Below, in pieces: positions 53,366 through 64,000 of a stretch of 64,000 nucleotides of DNA. Origin of the DNA: Phoronis australis (taxonomy: Eukaryota; Animalia; Phoronida); assembly GCA_002633005.1 (NCBI GenBank), contig NMRA01000279.1, positions 197,233 to 261,232 on the forward strand, in the 5' to 3' direction. Both the position numbers and the translations under genes were made by a program. The notes below the pieces were generated by a model. It worked only from the letters and a program-made list of their open reading frames with translations. It searched no databases and had not been told where the DNA came from. Each line of letters begins with the position of its first letter. Positions within the stretch are counted from its first letter, which is position 1.

Positions 53366-53953
53366 GTGACTTGTCTCCCGCTTCGCTACTTTGTGTTCCA
53401 ATTTTCTAGTTGTTTTTTCGACTTGTCTGAACTTATTCAGAAATGTCAACTAGATGAGAATGCCATTGTATAAACTACTGTAGTACTAGTATGCCACTCA
53501 GGGAAGAAAAATACCAAAGATGTCTGTGTAGAGTTAAAACGAATAAAGAAAAGTTTTTAGAAAAGTTTAAGTACATCAAATTTAAAATTTATGTAGTTTT
53601 TATTTACCTTCAGTATTGTCTGTGTCTACCTTGTCATTTCTCTTACTACATCATTCAACTTGTAAGGTTTCTTGTTATTTTTACCAGATTTTTCATTAAA
53701 ATTGTTCCCTTTGTTGTGATCCTGCTACTTGTATCCCTTAATAATGTGGATCACCATGTTGTGCTGTCATTTAGCAATAGATGGCGTTGGCGCTTACTTA
53801 TTTCCTCAGAAGTGATCAATGATGTAGTCATCTTATGTGAAATGTCTCATACTACGACCGAGGCTACTCTCGGAGACAATTTGTCCCACGTTCATGTTTT
53901 ATCCGTCACCCACAATTAACACGAGCTCGACCATTTGTTTGCATGTTTCACAG

Positions 53954-54010
53954 CTGAGTAACAGACCTCGGTCACGTGAACGGAGGCACACATTGTGTGA
54001 GACTGGCGGT
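53954..54010 (+). CDS. OSBPL6: OSBPL exon 10 (LSNRPRSRERRHTLCETGG), possibly alternative
   Basis: gtttcacag / gtaagt, 57 nt, phase 0-0. Confidence 0.65.
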
Positions 54011-56208
54011 GTAAGTCTGGACCTGTCCGTGTTTGATAATATGATTTAGTGTTCCAATCACTTCCTTGACATGTTTTTCTGTTAACAGCGCTCTGAATGA
54101 GAGGTTGCCCCAGTCAGTGTTTTCACCTGATATTTTCAGCATGGTAATCCATTTTCCAATTAACTCCCATAGCAGAAAATTTGACAGCAGGTGTCGCTTA
54201 CTATGATGCATGGGGGATAATAAATTTGAGTCACCAGTCACAGGCTTTGACCTGTGTGCTTACATGTTGAGTAATCGCATTTCAAAAAATTCTTCAAAAC
54301 AACATTCACTTTGCGTGCAGTTGTTACTTAGCTAAAGATTGTAGGATGTTTGATCAATCAGAAGTTCACCTTTTAATTAAAATGTGTTACCAGCAGGCTC
54401 TGGTGAGAACACTCACCGGGCTGTAATACGCTCTTTTGTGTGTATCTCTTGAGTGGATTATATTCATCAAGCATGCAGTTTGTGATTTGTTTGGTTAATT
54501 ACACTGTTTCAAATCCTCATGTACTGTAATACCAAGTCAAGGATATTAAATCCCTGCCCTTGCTAGGTACAAGTTTGGTGTTCTAGAGTAACCTTGACCT
54601 TTAATACAGAACATATGCTTGTGATGTATGTCCTTACACCATGGTTGTCACTTCCTGTGTTAGTGCAATAGTTCCAGGGTAGCAACTGGAGACTGTAGTC
54701 ATTTTAACCCATAGTTCTAACCCAGAGGTGTATTAACTTTTGTAACCAAGTGTATTAGAATGTTTAGCGTGAACCTTGCAATAAAAGGGCAAAACTTACT
54801 TGTAACATGTTTTTGTTAAATATGCACCTTCAAGTGTTTTCACATCAACTACTGTGCAACTGGTTCTAGCTATGAGACAAACTGGATGATACTGTGTGTA
54901 AATATTCAGAAATGAGAAGACATGCTGAATAATGCTATTCACGGCCATCACAATTAACCGTTGACCAATCATGACCTGGTCTACTAATCGGTACATGATA
55001 ACAGTGATTAGGCTAAATACCATTTCCCACGTCATGACGGCTAATTCTGTTAACAACAAGAAAGATTGATCATTATTATGGCAGCAAAATTCTAATCTTC
55101 ACCTCAATTGATTTCCTGTTAATTTCCTCTTCATTCTCAATCGTGAAGGACAGAACTTCAACCCAGCCATCATGGTTGGGGAAATTGTGGGTCATTTTGT
55201 ATAAACACGTTTGGCATTGTACTCTGTGTTGATGTTTTCTAGTACTGATCTTGTGTGATTACAGAGCACATTTAGTACTGTGTTCACATGAGAAATGATA
55301 TGAGTGCAAGTTGTTCCAGGCACAAAATGCCCATAAATGCGCCATTGTGGTTTAATATGCTTACCGTACTTCTGCTGTTGTCTTAGCATGAGATAATTGC
55401 CTCAGTTGCTGTTTTCCTCACTTCCAGGGGCTACCTTGCTAGTAATAATCAGACTTTAAACAATGGTTGTTCTTTGTCTACTGCATATTGTAAACCATGC
55501 TAATAATGATTTGAGATTTGCTTCTATTGTTGTTGAGAAATTGAATATAAAAAAAAAACGTATACATGTACATGCACATATAAATTTTACCTTCTTTCTA
55601 TTGTCTTTGCTCCCTGATAAAGTTCTTTTGGAACAATCTACACCACCTCTTTTTAAGCGGAGTAGACTGGTGTCAATTCATAGCCATGGTTTTGAGGTGA
55701 TTTGAAATATGTTGTCTTTGCTTGATCACTTATGATGGAACATCTTGTGTCTGGAACTACTTTTTCCTTAAAACTGCTGTGCAAGCTCAGAGCTTTTTCT
55801 TACAACTTTTGTGAAAGGCTAACTTTGATGAACTTGTATTAATTTTTAGGAATCCTGGTAGGTGGAGTGAGGTGCACTTGCTAGGCTGCAATATTTAACT
55901 TAATTTGTAACCAATTTTTTTGCAAGTTTCAACTTAAATGTATTGTTTAGTCTTTTCTGGACTTGATGGAGAATTTTGTACACCTTTGTATTAATGATCA
56001 AGTATTTTTCGTATACAAAATCTGTATTATTGACAAAAATCTTTTAAGCATTCTCTCTAACCAGGCCATTGCTATATGATCAGCCCTTATGTCTCAAGTG
56101 GTGTCAAATTTGCTTGTAAAGTAAAGAAAAATCATTTTGTGCCAATTTGTACAATGTGACCTAGGTAGGAAAATTGTGTTCTAATCTTAACAGATGGGTT
56201 TATTTCCG

Positions 56209-56289
56209 TACAACACAATACAATACAACACAATACAATACAATACAATTCAATACAATACTATACAATATAATACACTATAATACAAT
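56209..56289. repeat. (ATACA)n pentanucleotide microsatellite
   Basis: Direct observation. Confidence 0.9.
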
Positions 56290-56511
56290 GTATTGTGGTA
56301 GCATGAAAACAACTACATGGATCTTGAAGACACTTTTCCCCGTTACATTCTTCATGAAGGTTCACGTTTACCCACACTCGTTATTGTGGAAGTCTGTCAG
56401 AGTTTTATGCACATTTGTTGTGCGGGCTGTTAGGTCAAGGTGAATCTGTGCTCTCATAGCAGAAGGTCCGGTGTGTCGCTGAATGGTGCTCATAGTTTTT
56501 GCATTTTCTAG

Positions 56512-56728
56512 CTTGTACCTCCACACTTGCTGGCGCTAACAACAGCGGTCGCCTTCACGGGTAAGGAGCGTATCTCTGGTAGTGCTTCCAACCCTAACCT
56601 GGTGGAGATGGACGCGGACCAGATGAGGCCGCGGCCTCAAAGCTGCCCCGAGTCCACCAGCGACCAACTGTCTCAACGTATAGAGGAACTAAAACTTCGA
56701 GAACAGTTCATCACTTGTGCCAAGGATG
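56512..56728 (+). CDS. OSBPL6: OSBPL exon 11 (LVPPHLL...SGSASNPNL...LREQFITCAKD)
   Basis: ttttctag / gtgaga, phase 0-1. The SNPNL motif is shared with ORP3/6/7. Confidence 0.88.
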
Positions 56729-57040
56729 GTGAGAGTTAACAAACGTTTCTATTGATTGAAAGGTTGTATCACGCTTTACTGTTCAGCCATTTGGATGTGT
56801 CTTAGTGTTAACATTGGGTTTGACATTGGTTGTGCTGAATGAATCAGTTGTTGAAATTTTTTGTAGCTTTAGACATAAATGATTCATTTTAAGATTGCTG
56901 GAATTACTTTAATTTTTAATTGACAAGTGAAAATTATTTTTGTCCAAGCTGCTTGTATTTGATCTGAGATGAGTGTTGCAGACACGTGGAGGTGCATAAC
57001 TTAAATGTCACCCATTGTAATGGCTTGTTCTGTGTTCCAG

Positions 57041-57177
57041 TTTATGAGACCCTCAAAAGTCTAGTACATGCTATTAGTACAGAAAAAGACAGATTGAAAC
57101 TAGCCCAGCAGGAGGGAGGAACGATGCTTCACACCACCCCAGGATATGTGCATGGGCTCAGACAGCAGGTGTCAGAG
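57041..57177 (+). CDS. OSBPL6: OSBPL exon 12 (VYETLKSLVHAISTEKDRLK...LRQQVSE)
   Basis: gtgttccag / gtgagt, phase 1-0. ORP3/6/7-type coiled coil. Confidence 0.9.
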
Positions 57178-57293
57178 GTGAGTAGGTTATGGCTGGGGTT
57201 GGCGTTACACGGGTACATCTATAGTTTGAAGTTCGTTGATTGAGGACTACACTCTGCTCTGGATACACCCATGAGTTGAGGGAGTAAATATTT

Positions 57294-57478
57294 GAGGTGA
57301 GTTGATGGAAAGGGGCGGGGTTACAGTCCACCTTGTTGTACATACATGGGTTAATTGAGTAACTGTCAGAGATGAGTTGATGGAGAGGGGCGGGGTTACA
57401 CTCCACCGTGTTGTACATGCATGGGTTATTTGAGTAATTGTCAGATGAGTTGATGGAGAGGGGCGGGGTTACACTCCA
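57294..57478. repeat. ~75-bp tandem repeat, ~2.5 copies
   Basis: tgagttgatgga(a/g)aggggcggggttaca..ccacc.tgttgtacat.catgggtta.ttgagtaa.tgtcaga repeated. Confidence 0.88.
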
Positions 57479-57735
57479 AAATGAGGCATGTTCTTAGCTG
57501 AGGCAGAAAGTGTCTGAGGTGAGTAAATGAGGAAGGCCCCATCTATATGTACTAGGAGTGTGGTAGCTTTTTACTATGTGTTTATCGTGGATGGCGAGTG
57601 GTAAGACCACCCATGGTGTTTGATAGGACTAAGCCTTGTTTGAGCATGAGACGTAGAAATAATTTTTTATTTTCCCAGGTAACTAAGTTTCATTTGTGAA
57701 CTGTAAGGTAGTTTACCCTTTTGTTTGTTTTTCAG

Positions 57736-57828
57736 TTGCTAAGACAAAATGCTGATTTAACAAGTCGTCTTTCAAGAATACATCGAGAATCTAATCTAGA
57801 TGATTGCCTACCACCGTCAGCCGAAAGG
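57736..57828 (+). CDS. OSBPL6: OSBPL exon 13 (LLRQNADLTSRLSRIHRESNLDDCLPPSAER)
   Basis: ttttcag / gtaagc, phase 0-0. QNxxLxxRLxRIHxES motif. Confidence 0.92.
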
Positions 57829-58309
57829 GTAAGCGGCGGTAATCAAATTCTGAAGACTTGGAATTGGAAAATGTCTGGCAAAACTTGGAATAGGCTTTTA
57901 GCTATAAGCATAGTTTTAGAATTTCAGTTTGCCTAAATTTTTGTTAATGCTACTGCTTACGAGGGCAACTCGCTTTTGACATTTTAGTCACACACATACA
58001 AACAGTATTTGAATCAGAAAATGTAGAATAGAAGTTGAAAGCGAACTCGGAAAACTTCAAGTTATCATGTGTGTTAGGGCCTTCGTGGAATATTTTTTGT
58101 TGTCCTTTGTATTACGCTCACTTTTTTTTGATGAAAAAGTCAATCTTGTTACTGAATAGTAATTCTTTTGGTCAGATTACAAATAAAATATTTTGCTTGT
58201 GTTTGATGGTTATTAACGTAAAAGGTAACTTTTATTATTTTTTGAATCCTTATTATATTTAGAGATAATTTTCTTCATTTGACGTCAGTTCATGTTTTAT
58301 GGATTCCAG

Positions 58310-58441
58310 CTTCCACCGCTTGTCGCGTCTTTGTCCACCGAAAGCACTGTGTCTGAATATTTTGATACAATTGAGGACTCTAACGTGTCGCCATCTAGTG
58401 GTGATATTGAGGAGTCAGATCGTGACTCCTCCAGCTCTGAA
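58310..58441 (+). CDS. OSBPL6: OSBPL exon 14 with FFAT-like motif (..STVSEYFDTIEDS..)
   Basis: attccag / gtaagt, 132 nt, phase 0-0. EYFDTIE lies at the expected EFFDAxE position. Confidence 0.9.
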
Positions 58442-58977
58442 GTAAGTTTGGGGTTTGTCAGTAAGTAATAAATGTAAGACTTAATTAACTAAAAAATTGA
58501 AAGAAAGTTAAAGTTGGATTTTGTCTTGTTAAATTGACTAAAATTTAGTCTCATAAAGTCGGTCTCGTATTATTGCTTACTGTGAAAGGATTCTATTTCC
58601 GTTACCAACAAAAATTCAACGATTAAAGAAAACTCTTCTAAGATTATTGGAGTAAGCCAAGCCTAAACTTTCGAGATCGAAAAAGTAGTGCTTGTACGCG
58701 TTACCCATGGCATTGGTAACAGAAACAGAACGGTATAGCAGAATATTATGAGATTGATTTTATGAGGGTTAAAGCTCTAATTTGATTTTCATTTTTAGCC
58801 AGCTAAGCAGAGCGGTATACAGCTTTATTGTGCTAGGTGCAGTTGGTTAACGTGAACTCTAATATCATTGGTTATAATTTAGCAGGCATTTATTGACATG
58901 CAGTCTGCAACCCTGTATCGATTTCTTAACACTTGGAGTAAGTGAGTGGTAAGTCTGACATGAGATAAAGGTTCATG

Positions 58978-59087
58978 GGTAATGGTCTGATATAACGTGC
59001 CCGAATTTTGAGAACCAGTTTTCTCCACTGAATAACAGGCATCAAGCTGGTTCTCAAAGTATGGGCACGTTATATCAGACTATTGCC
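58978..59087. mobile_element. ~110-bp palindromic element; second, inverted and partial copy at ~27485-27575
   Basis: gtctgatataacgtgccc..ttttgagaaccag / ctggttctcaaa..gggcacgttatatcagac. The same loop sequence is reversed at 27500-27540. Confidence 0.75.
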
Positions 59088-59764
59088 ATGTTCATTTCTT
59101 GTCTTGCAGATGACACTCGTGAAAATCACAGATTATGCAGGTCAACTTGAGCTAACTGGTTTGAATGTGTCCTTTCCACCAGAGGCAATAACTACACTTG
59201 ACTGACTTTCTAATTCTGCTGGGTCAACTGGCTAAGACATCTGATTGGCCTGTAAGCCGTTAGTTGTCAGTGAGAACCAATCAGATGTCTTAGCCAGTGT
59301 CTGGTTTTAGCCATCACAAAGTGGTCGGGTTATGATATGAACTGACCTAATTCTGCAGTTGTATTTTGGGCTGTGGGTAAGAAAGGTGGTGTCCCTTTAA
59401 AGTTGTTGAACCAGAGTTTGGAGAAGAAGACTGCTAAAATTCAAATTAACCAAGCTTTTGTATATTTTACATCGAAATGAGTCATGATCTTTGATCAGGG
59501 TGCAAAAAATCCTCAAAATTGTGTGTCCTTGCGGATCATATTTTCTAGGCACCCCAGTTGAATTTTCCATGTTTATTATTTACAATTGCAAAGATGCATG
59601 GCATCGGGGAGTTTTCATACCCGGATCAAAGATCATAAATCTTTTTGATACATGAAGTACAAAATATCAGGCTTACTTTGAATTTTAGCTGTCTTATTTA
59701 TCAAACTTGGTTTAAACATTGTTTAAAAAATTAAGATTCTAGTTTCTTTACTCTGTTTTTGCAG

Positions 59765-59846
59765 GAAGGAGGTGAAGATTATGAATCTGGCTCAGAGCTA
59801 ACAGAGGGCTCTGATGCTGAGTTAGATGAAACGTTAATCCAGACAA
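59765..59846 (+). CDS. OSBPL6: OSBPL exon 15, acidic linker (EGGEDYESGSELTEGSDAELDETLIQT)
   Basis: tttttgcag / gtgagt, phase 0-1. Confidence 0.85.
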
Positions 59847-60900
59847 GTGAGTGGCTGTATATTTGTACCATTCAACCAGCAGATACGTGACTTGCTATAC
59901 GCTTCCCTGGGTTGGGTATACAAAACTCATAGGGGTTGATAAAACAAGTAGTTCCTCAGTCAGGATCGTGAACCCTTTGTTAAACTGTGTTTACTTTTTC
60001 AGGCCGACTGGGAGGGTTGTATGACTAAGAACAGGGTTCACAAGGAACTACTTTCACTGACCTTACATGTCAATTTCAAAATGCCTGTTGTGTGTGAATG
60101 ACATCCGTGATTTATAACCTTTGGCAAAATTCTAAGCCATTGTTCAGACTAGTTACCCCCTCCAAGTCCAAAATGACTAAATTAGCTATGGCCGAAAAGA
60201 TTTTGGTTTACTTCACAGAATTTCCAAGAAGATGAAATCATAAATTCATGTACTAGTAGCCTACCTTTTGGTTTTCCGTTGGTCAAATCAGAATTATTTT
60301 TTATTTTTATATCTTAACTGGTGTGTATGAAATTTGTATTGTATTATTGTGATCTGTGGGTCAGTGACCCTCACTTTAAAAGTTCAAAGAATCATTTGCT
60401 TTCATTTCATGTTATTATCTTAAAGTTATTGTAACTGACAGTACATTATCTCTGAAACAAAAATACTGGTAGGACTGTCAGTTGCTTTCATGTATATGTA
60501 TATGTATATGCTCATTTACTGACCTATGCTGCTAACTGTACTATTCAACGCTGTTCTCACGGGATCGTCCACATTCATCAACATTTCTCAAGGGTGAAAA
60601 ATGTACATTGGAGGGGCGAGGTTTTTAAAATTTGTAAACTGTCAGATATTTTTTAGAAGTTCTCCATTGGGAGATGGGGAGTTCTGCCGAAATGGCACAT
60701 TCTTGTAAATGTTGAATGTGACAGATCGTACCTAAGATTTCAGTTGTATTGGATACTCATATAAATACACGAACAGAAATGAATCGGGTACTGAAAATAA
60801 GAAGTCTTGAAAGAAAATTTACGAAAATATGCATGTGCGTTTGTCTACATGAGAGCAAAAATGTTATCTCTCACATATTCCACCATTTTCTGTCTTGCAG

Positions 60901-61079
60901 CAGACACTTTTCTCATGAAGCAGACGAGCGAGACCACGACAGGTCGAAGGTCAATGCTTCCTGCTCCGCAACCAGACGCAGATGTGAACCTCTTCAGTTT
61001 GTTACGCCGGAACATTGGCAAAGATCTGTCCAAGATCTCCATGCCTGTCACTCTCAACGAACCTCTCAGCATGCTACAG
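60901..61079 (+). CDS. OSBPL6: OSBPL exon 16, start of ORD (GRRSMLPAP..NLFSLLRRNIGKDLSKISMPVTLNEPLSMLQ)
   Basis: Canonical ORD N-terminal motif. cttgcag / gttagt, phase 1-0. Confidence 0.97.
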
Positions 61080-62788
61080 GTTAGTCTCGTATGAAATCTT
61101 TTAAGGTTATGTTGGTCGGTAGAAAAATGCTCAAATGTGGCCATTTTTGGAACATCCTTTATGCACTGTTCTGTAAAACTCTCATAGAAATTGTTTTTTA
61201 ACCCTTGTCCTGCTGAGCCTCCATTCAGACCACTTTCCCTGTGTGCTGAGCTAAGTAGGTCACCACTTCTGCTGTACACTAGGCTGTTATGAAGGTCACC
61301 CAGACTAATGACCTAACAATTTTAAATTGGAAATTTGAAAGGGAAATGTTAATTTCACAGAAAAGAGGCCAACATAAAAGTTCTTCAGAATTTAGTGAAG
61401 ATTTTCACCGTATTTAAATCTTCATCATAGCCTTAACTGATTCACTGTCATCCTCTCAGGTCTGGCTCCAGCCCTGTAATGAAACTATGTGTTTACACTT
61501 CTATAAACCTGCCAGTATCTCCCAAACTAGGAATTACAGCCACATGGCTTGAATCAGAGAAATGCCTAGCGCAAGGTAAAGGTTACGTAATCCACTTTTG
61601 CTCAAATGTGGCTATATTTGGAACATCGTATCTCGAAAGTGGCTGATCGAATTTATGTTTAATTTTCACATTTCCATCCTTTATGCACTGTTCTGCAAAA
61701 CGCTTGTGGAAATTGTTTTTCAAGTAATCCACTTTTGCAAAATTGTTATTGAAAACAGGACTTAGAAAAAAATGAAAAGGTGTCTAAAACGAAAACTAAA
61801 TGATAACTTTGAATACTGTAACAGTATTTTTGAGATTTCATCTTGAATGTTAATATCAGTTAACAAAATTTAAAAAAATTTTTTTTTAGTTTAGGTACAA
61901 CTGTGTCCGTCTTTTTGATGAATTTCACTTAAAAGACATGGTCACGTATACTTTTCTATGAGAAAACGGACAAAATGTCATTTGTGTATTGTGACGGTCA
62001 GTTCTGCGTGCAGATTCTTTCCTCTTAATTCCATCTGAAAATGATGGGTCATGACATCTTGCCTTTGGAAGTGATAGCATCAAACATGTGTGTTAAAACT
62101 AAGCAACCTCGCTTCACGTTCATGCAGAATTGAGATGTGTGAAGGATGAAAGGGGAATATGAACAAATTTGCAAATTGGAAGTTTCGTGATTCCTTATTT
62201 CATCAAAGTGTAGACCTAGGTCACCTTGTCAGTGTTGTGAACAATAAAACTGGCATCAGCATTATAAATGATGTCAATTTCAGCTAAAATCATTTTTTAA
62301 ACTGTAACTAGATGTACGATATGTGTACACGTATCAGTTAATGCAATGCAACTTCCGATAGAAAGAGTGACTGACAGGTGGTGTATTGGTCGTTGGCATT
62401 TGTTCTGCGGTGCACCTTTTAAGGATACTAGAAGGTTTGCTTACCATTTATTACATAAAATTATGAACAGGCTGGAAAAGATGTTAGCTTTAGTTCCACT
62501 TCATAAGGTTACTAGTAAAGTGTCCTTCATGACAGACGGCAGTTATGACGGTCAATTCCACTTACACTCAACCGTCATAGCATGAAATTCCATTCGCTCT
62601 CAGCCATCTCGATGCAGAATAACGGGTCATTTTGTCCATTTCTTTTGTACTGTAAACTGTATAGTTTGGTAGATATTTGTCTGAATACACTCAGTTGCTG
62701 GTGAAGTCCATTGCACCAATAACCCCTTAATAACAGCACAATTTACTGGCGAACTACTTTCAATCTGTCATGTGTTTTTTTGTTGTAG

Positions 62789-62863
62789 TTGATCTGTGAA
62801 GAACTAGAATATAGTGATCTGCTGGATCGGGCCAATGAGCTGCAAGATCCTCACGAGCAGATG
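62789..62863 (+). CDS. OSBPL6: OSBPL exon 17 (LICEELEYSDLLDRANELQDPHEQM)
   Basis: CEELEYSxLLD ORD motif. ttgtag / gtaagt, phase 0-0. Confidence 0.97.
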
Positions 62864-63440
62864 GTAAGTAAAAAGCAGACGATAATGAATGTGCCATGGA
62901 CTCACGTCTGCCAAAACTGCAAACATTTTGTTGACAGATTTTCTGACTTTGCCCTTATCTGATCTCGTGAAACAGGCTGAGTCATCCGTAGACTGATTTT
63001 TAGGCAGACGTTAAAAAACAGATGGACTCTTTGAGAAACATCCATGTAGTATTTTCATAGTTTTGATGGATTTGCTGTTTAATACATGAGAAGGCAATTA
63101 TAGTTTTGTGCAAAGCGTCTCAAGTATGCTCCTCCTTATACTCAGAAAAATGTCTCTTTCATCTTCGGATCAAAGGGTCACCCTTGCATCAACTCTGCAA
63201 ACATCAGTCAAAGTTCATATGCAATATGGCAGAAAAATGACAATTCATTTTGCCAAAGTTCTCAACAAAATAAACAAGAAAGATTTACTTTGTTCTCAGC
63301 TTGTTAAATAACATTCGTCAAAAAATTGAGCATGTGCAGCAATGTAGGAAACCTTTCAAAAATAGGAAAATGCTAATTTGGAAAAGTGTTCGTTCAAAAT
63401 TGAAAGTTGTTCGTGATGTTGTCACACTGTCTTCCCTCAG

Positions 63441-63578
63441 GTGTATATAGCAGCGTTTGCTGTCAGTGCCTACGCCTGTACGTACTACAGAGCAGGCACT
63501 AAGCCTTTCAACCCTATATTGGGAGAAACGTTCGACATGGAGCGAGATGATATGGGATGGAAGTTCATAGCTGAACAG
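63441..63578 (+). CDS. OSBPL6: OSBPL exon 18 ([46 protein letters not shown]); gene continues beyond window
   Basis: KPFNPxLGETF motif. Ends at EQ of the EQVSHHPP signature. ccctcag / gtatct. Confidence 0.97.
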
Positions 63579-64000
63579 GTATCTTAGCCATGCCAGTTAA
63601 CATATACTAGGAAATGAAAATGTTCATGTGAGGGTTGGAATCGGCTTTACCAGCCATTTAGTGGTGAATTGGGCAAAGTTGAATTGTGTTTATATTGAAG
63701 GCAACGTCAGCCCTGGAGTTCTGTGCCTTCTGCTGTCACGGGGATGGTCTGGGGAGGGGATTAATGCACCAGCATATCCCCAATGATCCTGTCCGTGACA
63801 GGTATTTCAGGTATTACAGGTATGAAGGTATTTAACATTTAATTGTTGTCTGTATAAGTACTGAATTTTAAGAAATGCTCATCCCTGTAAAATATAATAA
63901 AATTTAGGTACATGGATGCACGTGTGCATGTGTGCAGGTGTGTGCGCATGATGTTTCTGTTTTGTTCCAAAGATGCATTATATTTTCATTGATGTACGAA

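Larger units (their letters stand above)
48283..53547 (+). repeat. Tandem ~2.6-kb duplication (48283-50990 vs 50992-53547) across an N join
   Basis: Collinear copies with identical ORF-track peptides. The proximal parts differ by SNPs and indels; the distal ~1 kb looks identical by eye. Confidence 0.95.

Noticed and set aside
59110-59140. Candidate extra OSBPL exon (cttgcag ... gtcaac)
   Set aside because: Weak donor, and 31 nt would break the phase 0-0 join between 58441 and 59765.

Overview
AT-rich, intron-rich eukaryotic genomic DNA, most likely from a bilaterian invertebrate. The species cannot be named from sequence. It is a draft assembly, with a 224-nt N gap and single-N joins. Almost all entries in the six-frame ORF track are spurious, so genes were rebuilt by hand from GT-AG junctions and exon phase. 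Three genes are supported. (1) A + strand GPI-anchored Ly6/uPAR three-finger gene closely resembling Drosophila quiver/sleepless, with exons at 5643-5690, 12098-12223 and 13343-13572; its ATG exon was not located. (2) A large + strand oxysterol-binding-protein-related gene of the ORP3/6/7 subfamily (PH domain, FFAT-like motif, start of the ORD). It has 17 phase-consistent coding exons from 33483 to 63578 and runs off the window. (3) A two-coding-exon, 424-aa ecdysteroid-kinase-like (EcKL/CHK) gene nested antisense in an OSBPL intron, with an atypical catalytic loop. A ~2.6-kb tandem duplication across an N (48.3-53.5 kb) repeats two OSBPL exons and most likely represents two haplotypes assembled in tandem. 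Non-coding DNA holds many short TIR/foldback elements, tRNA-derived SINE remnants, and mini- and microsatellites. No prokaryotic-type system, CRISPR array or intact RNA gene was seen.
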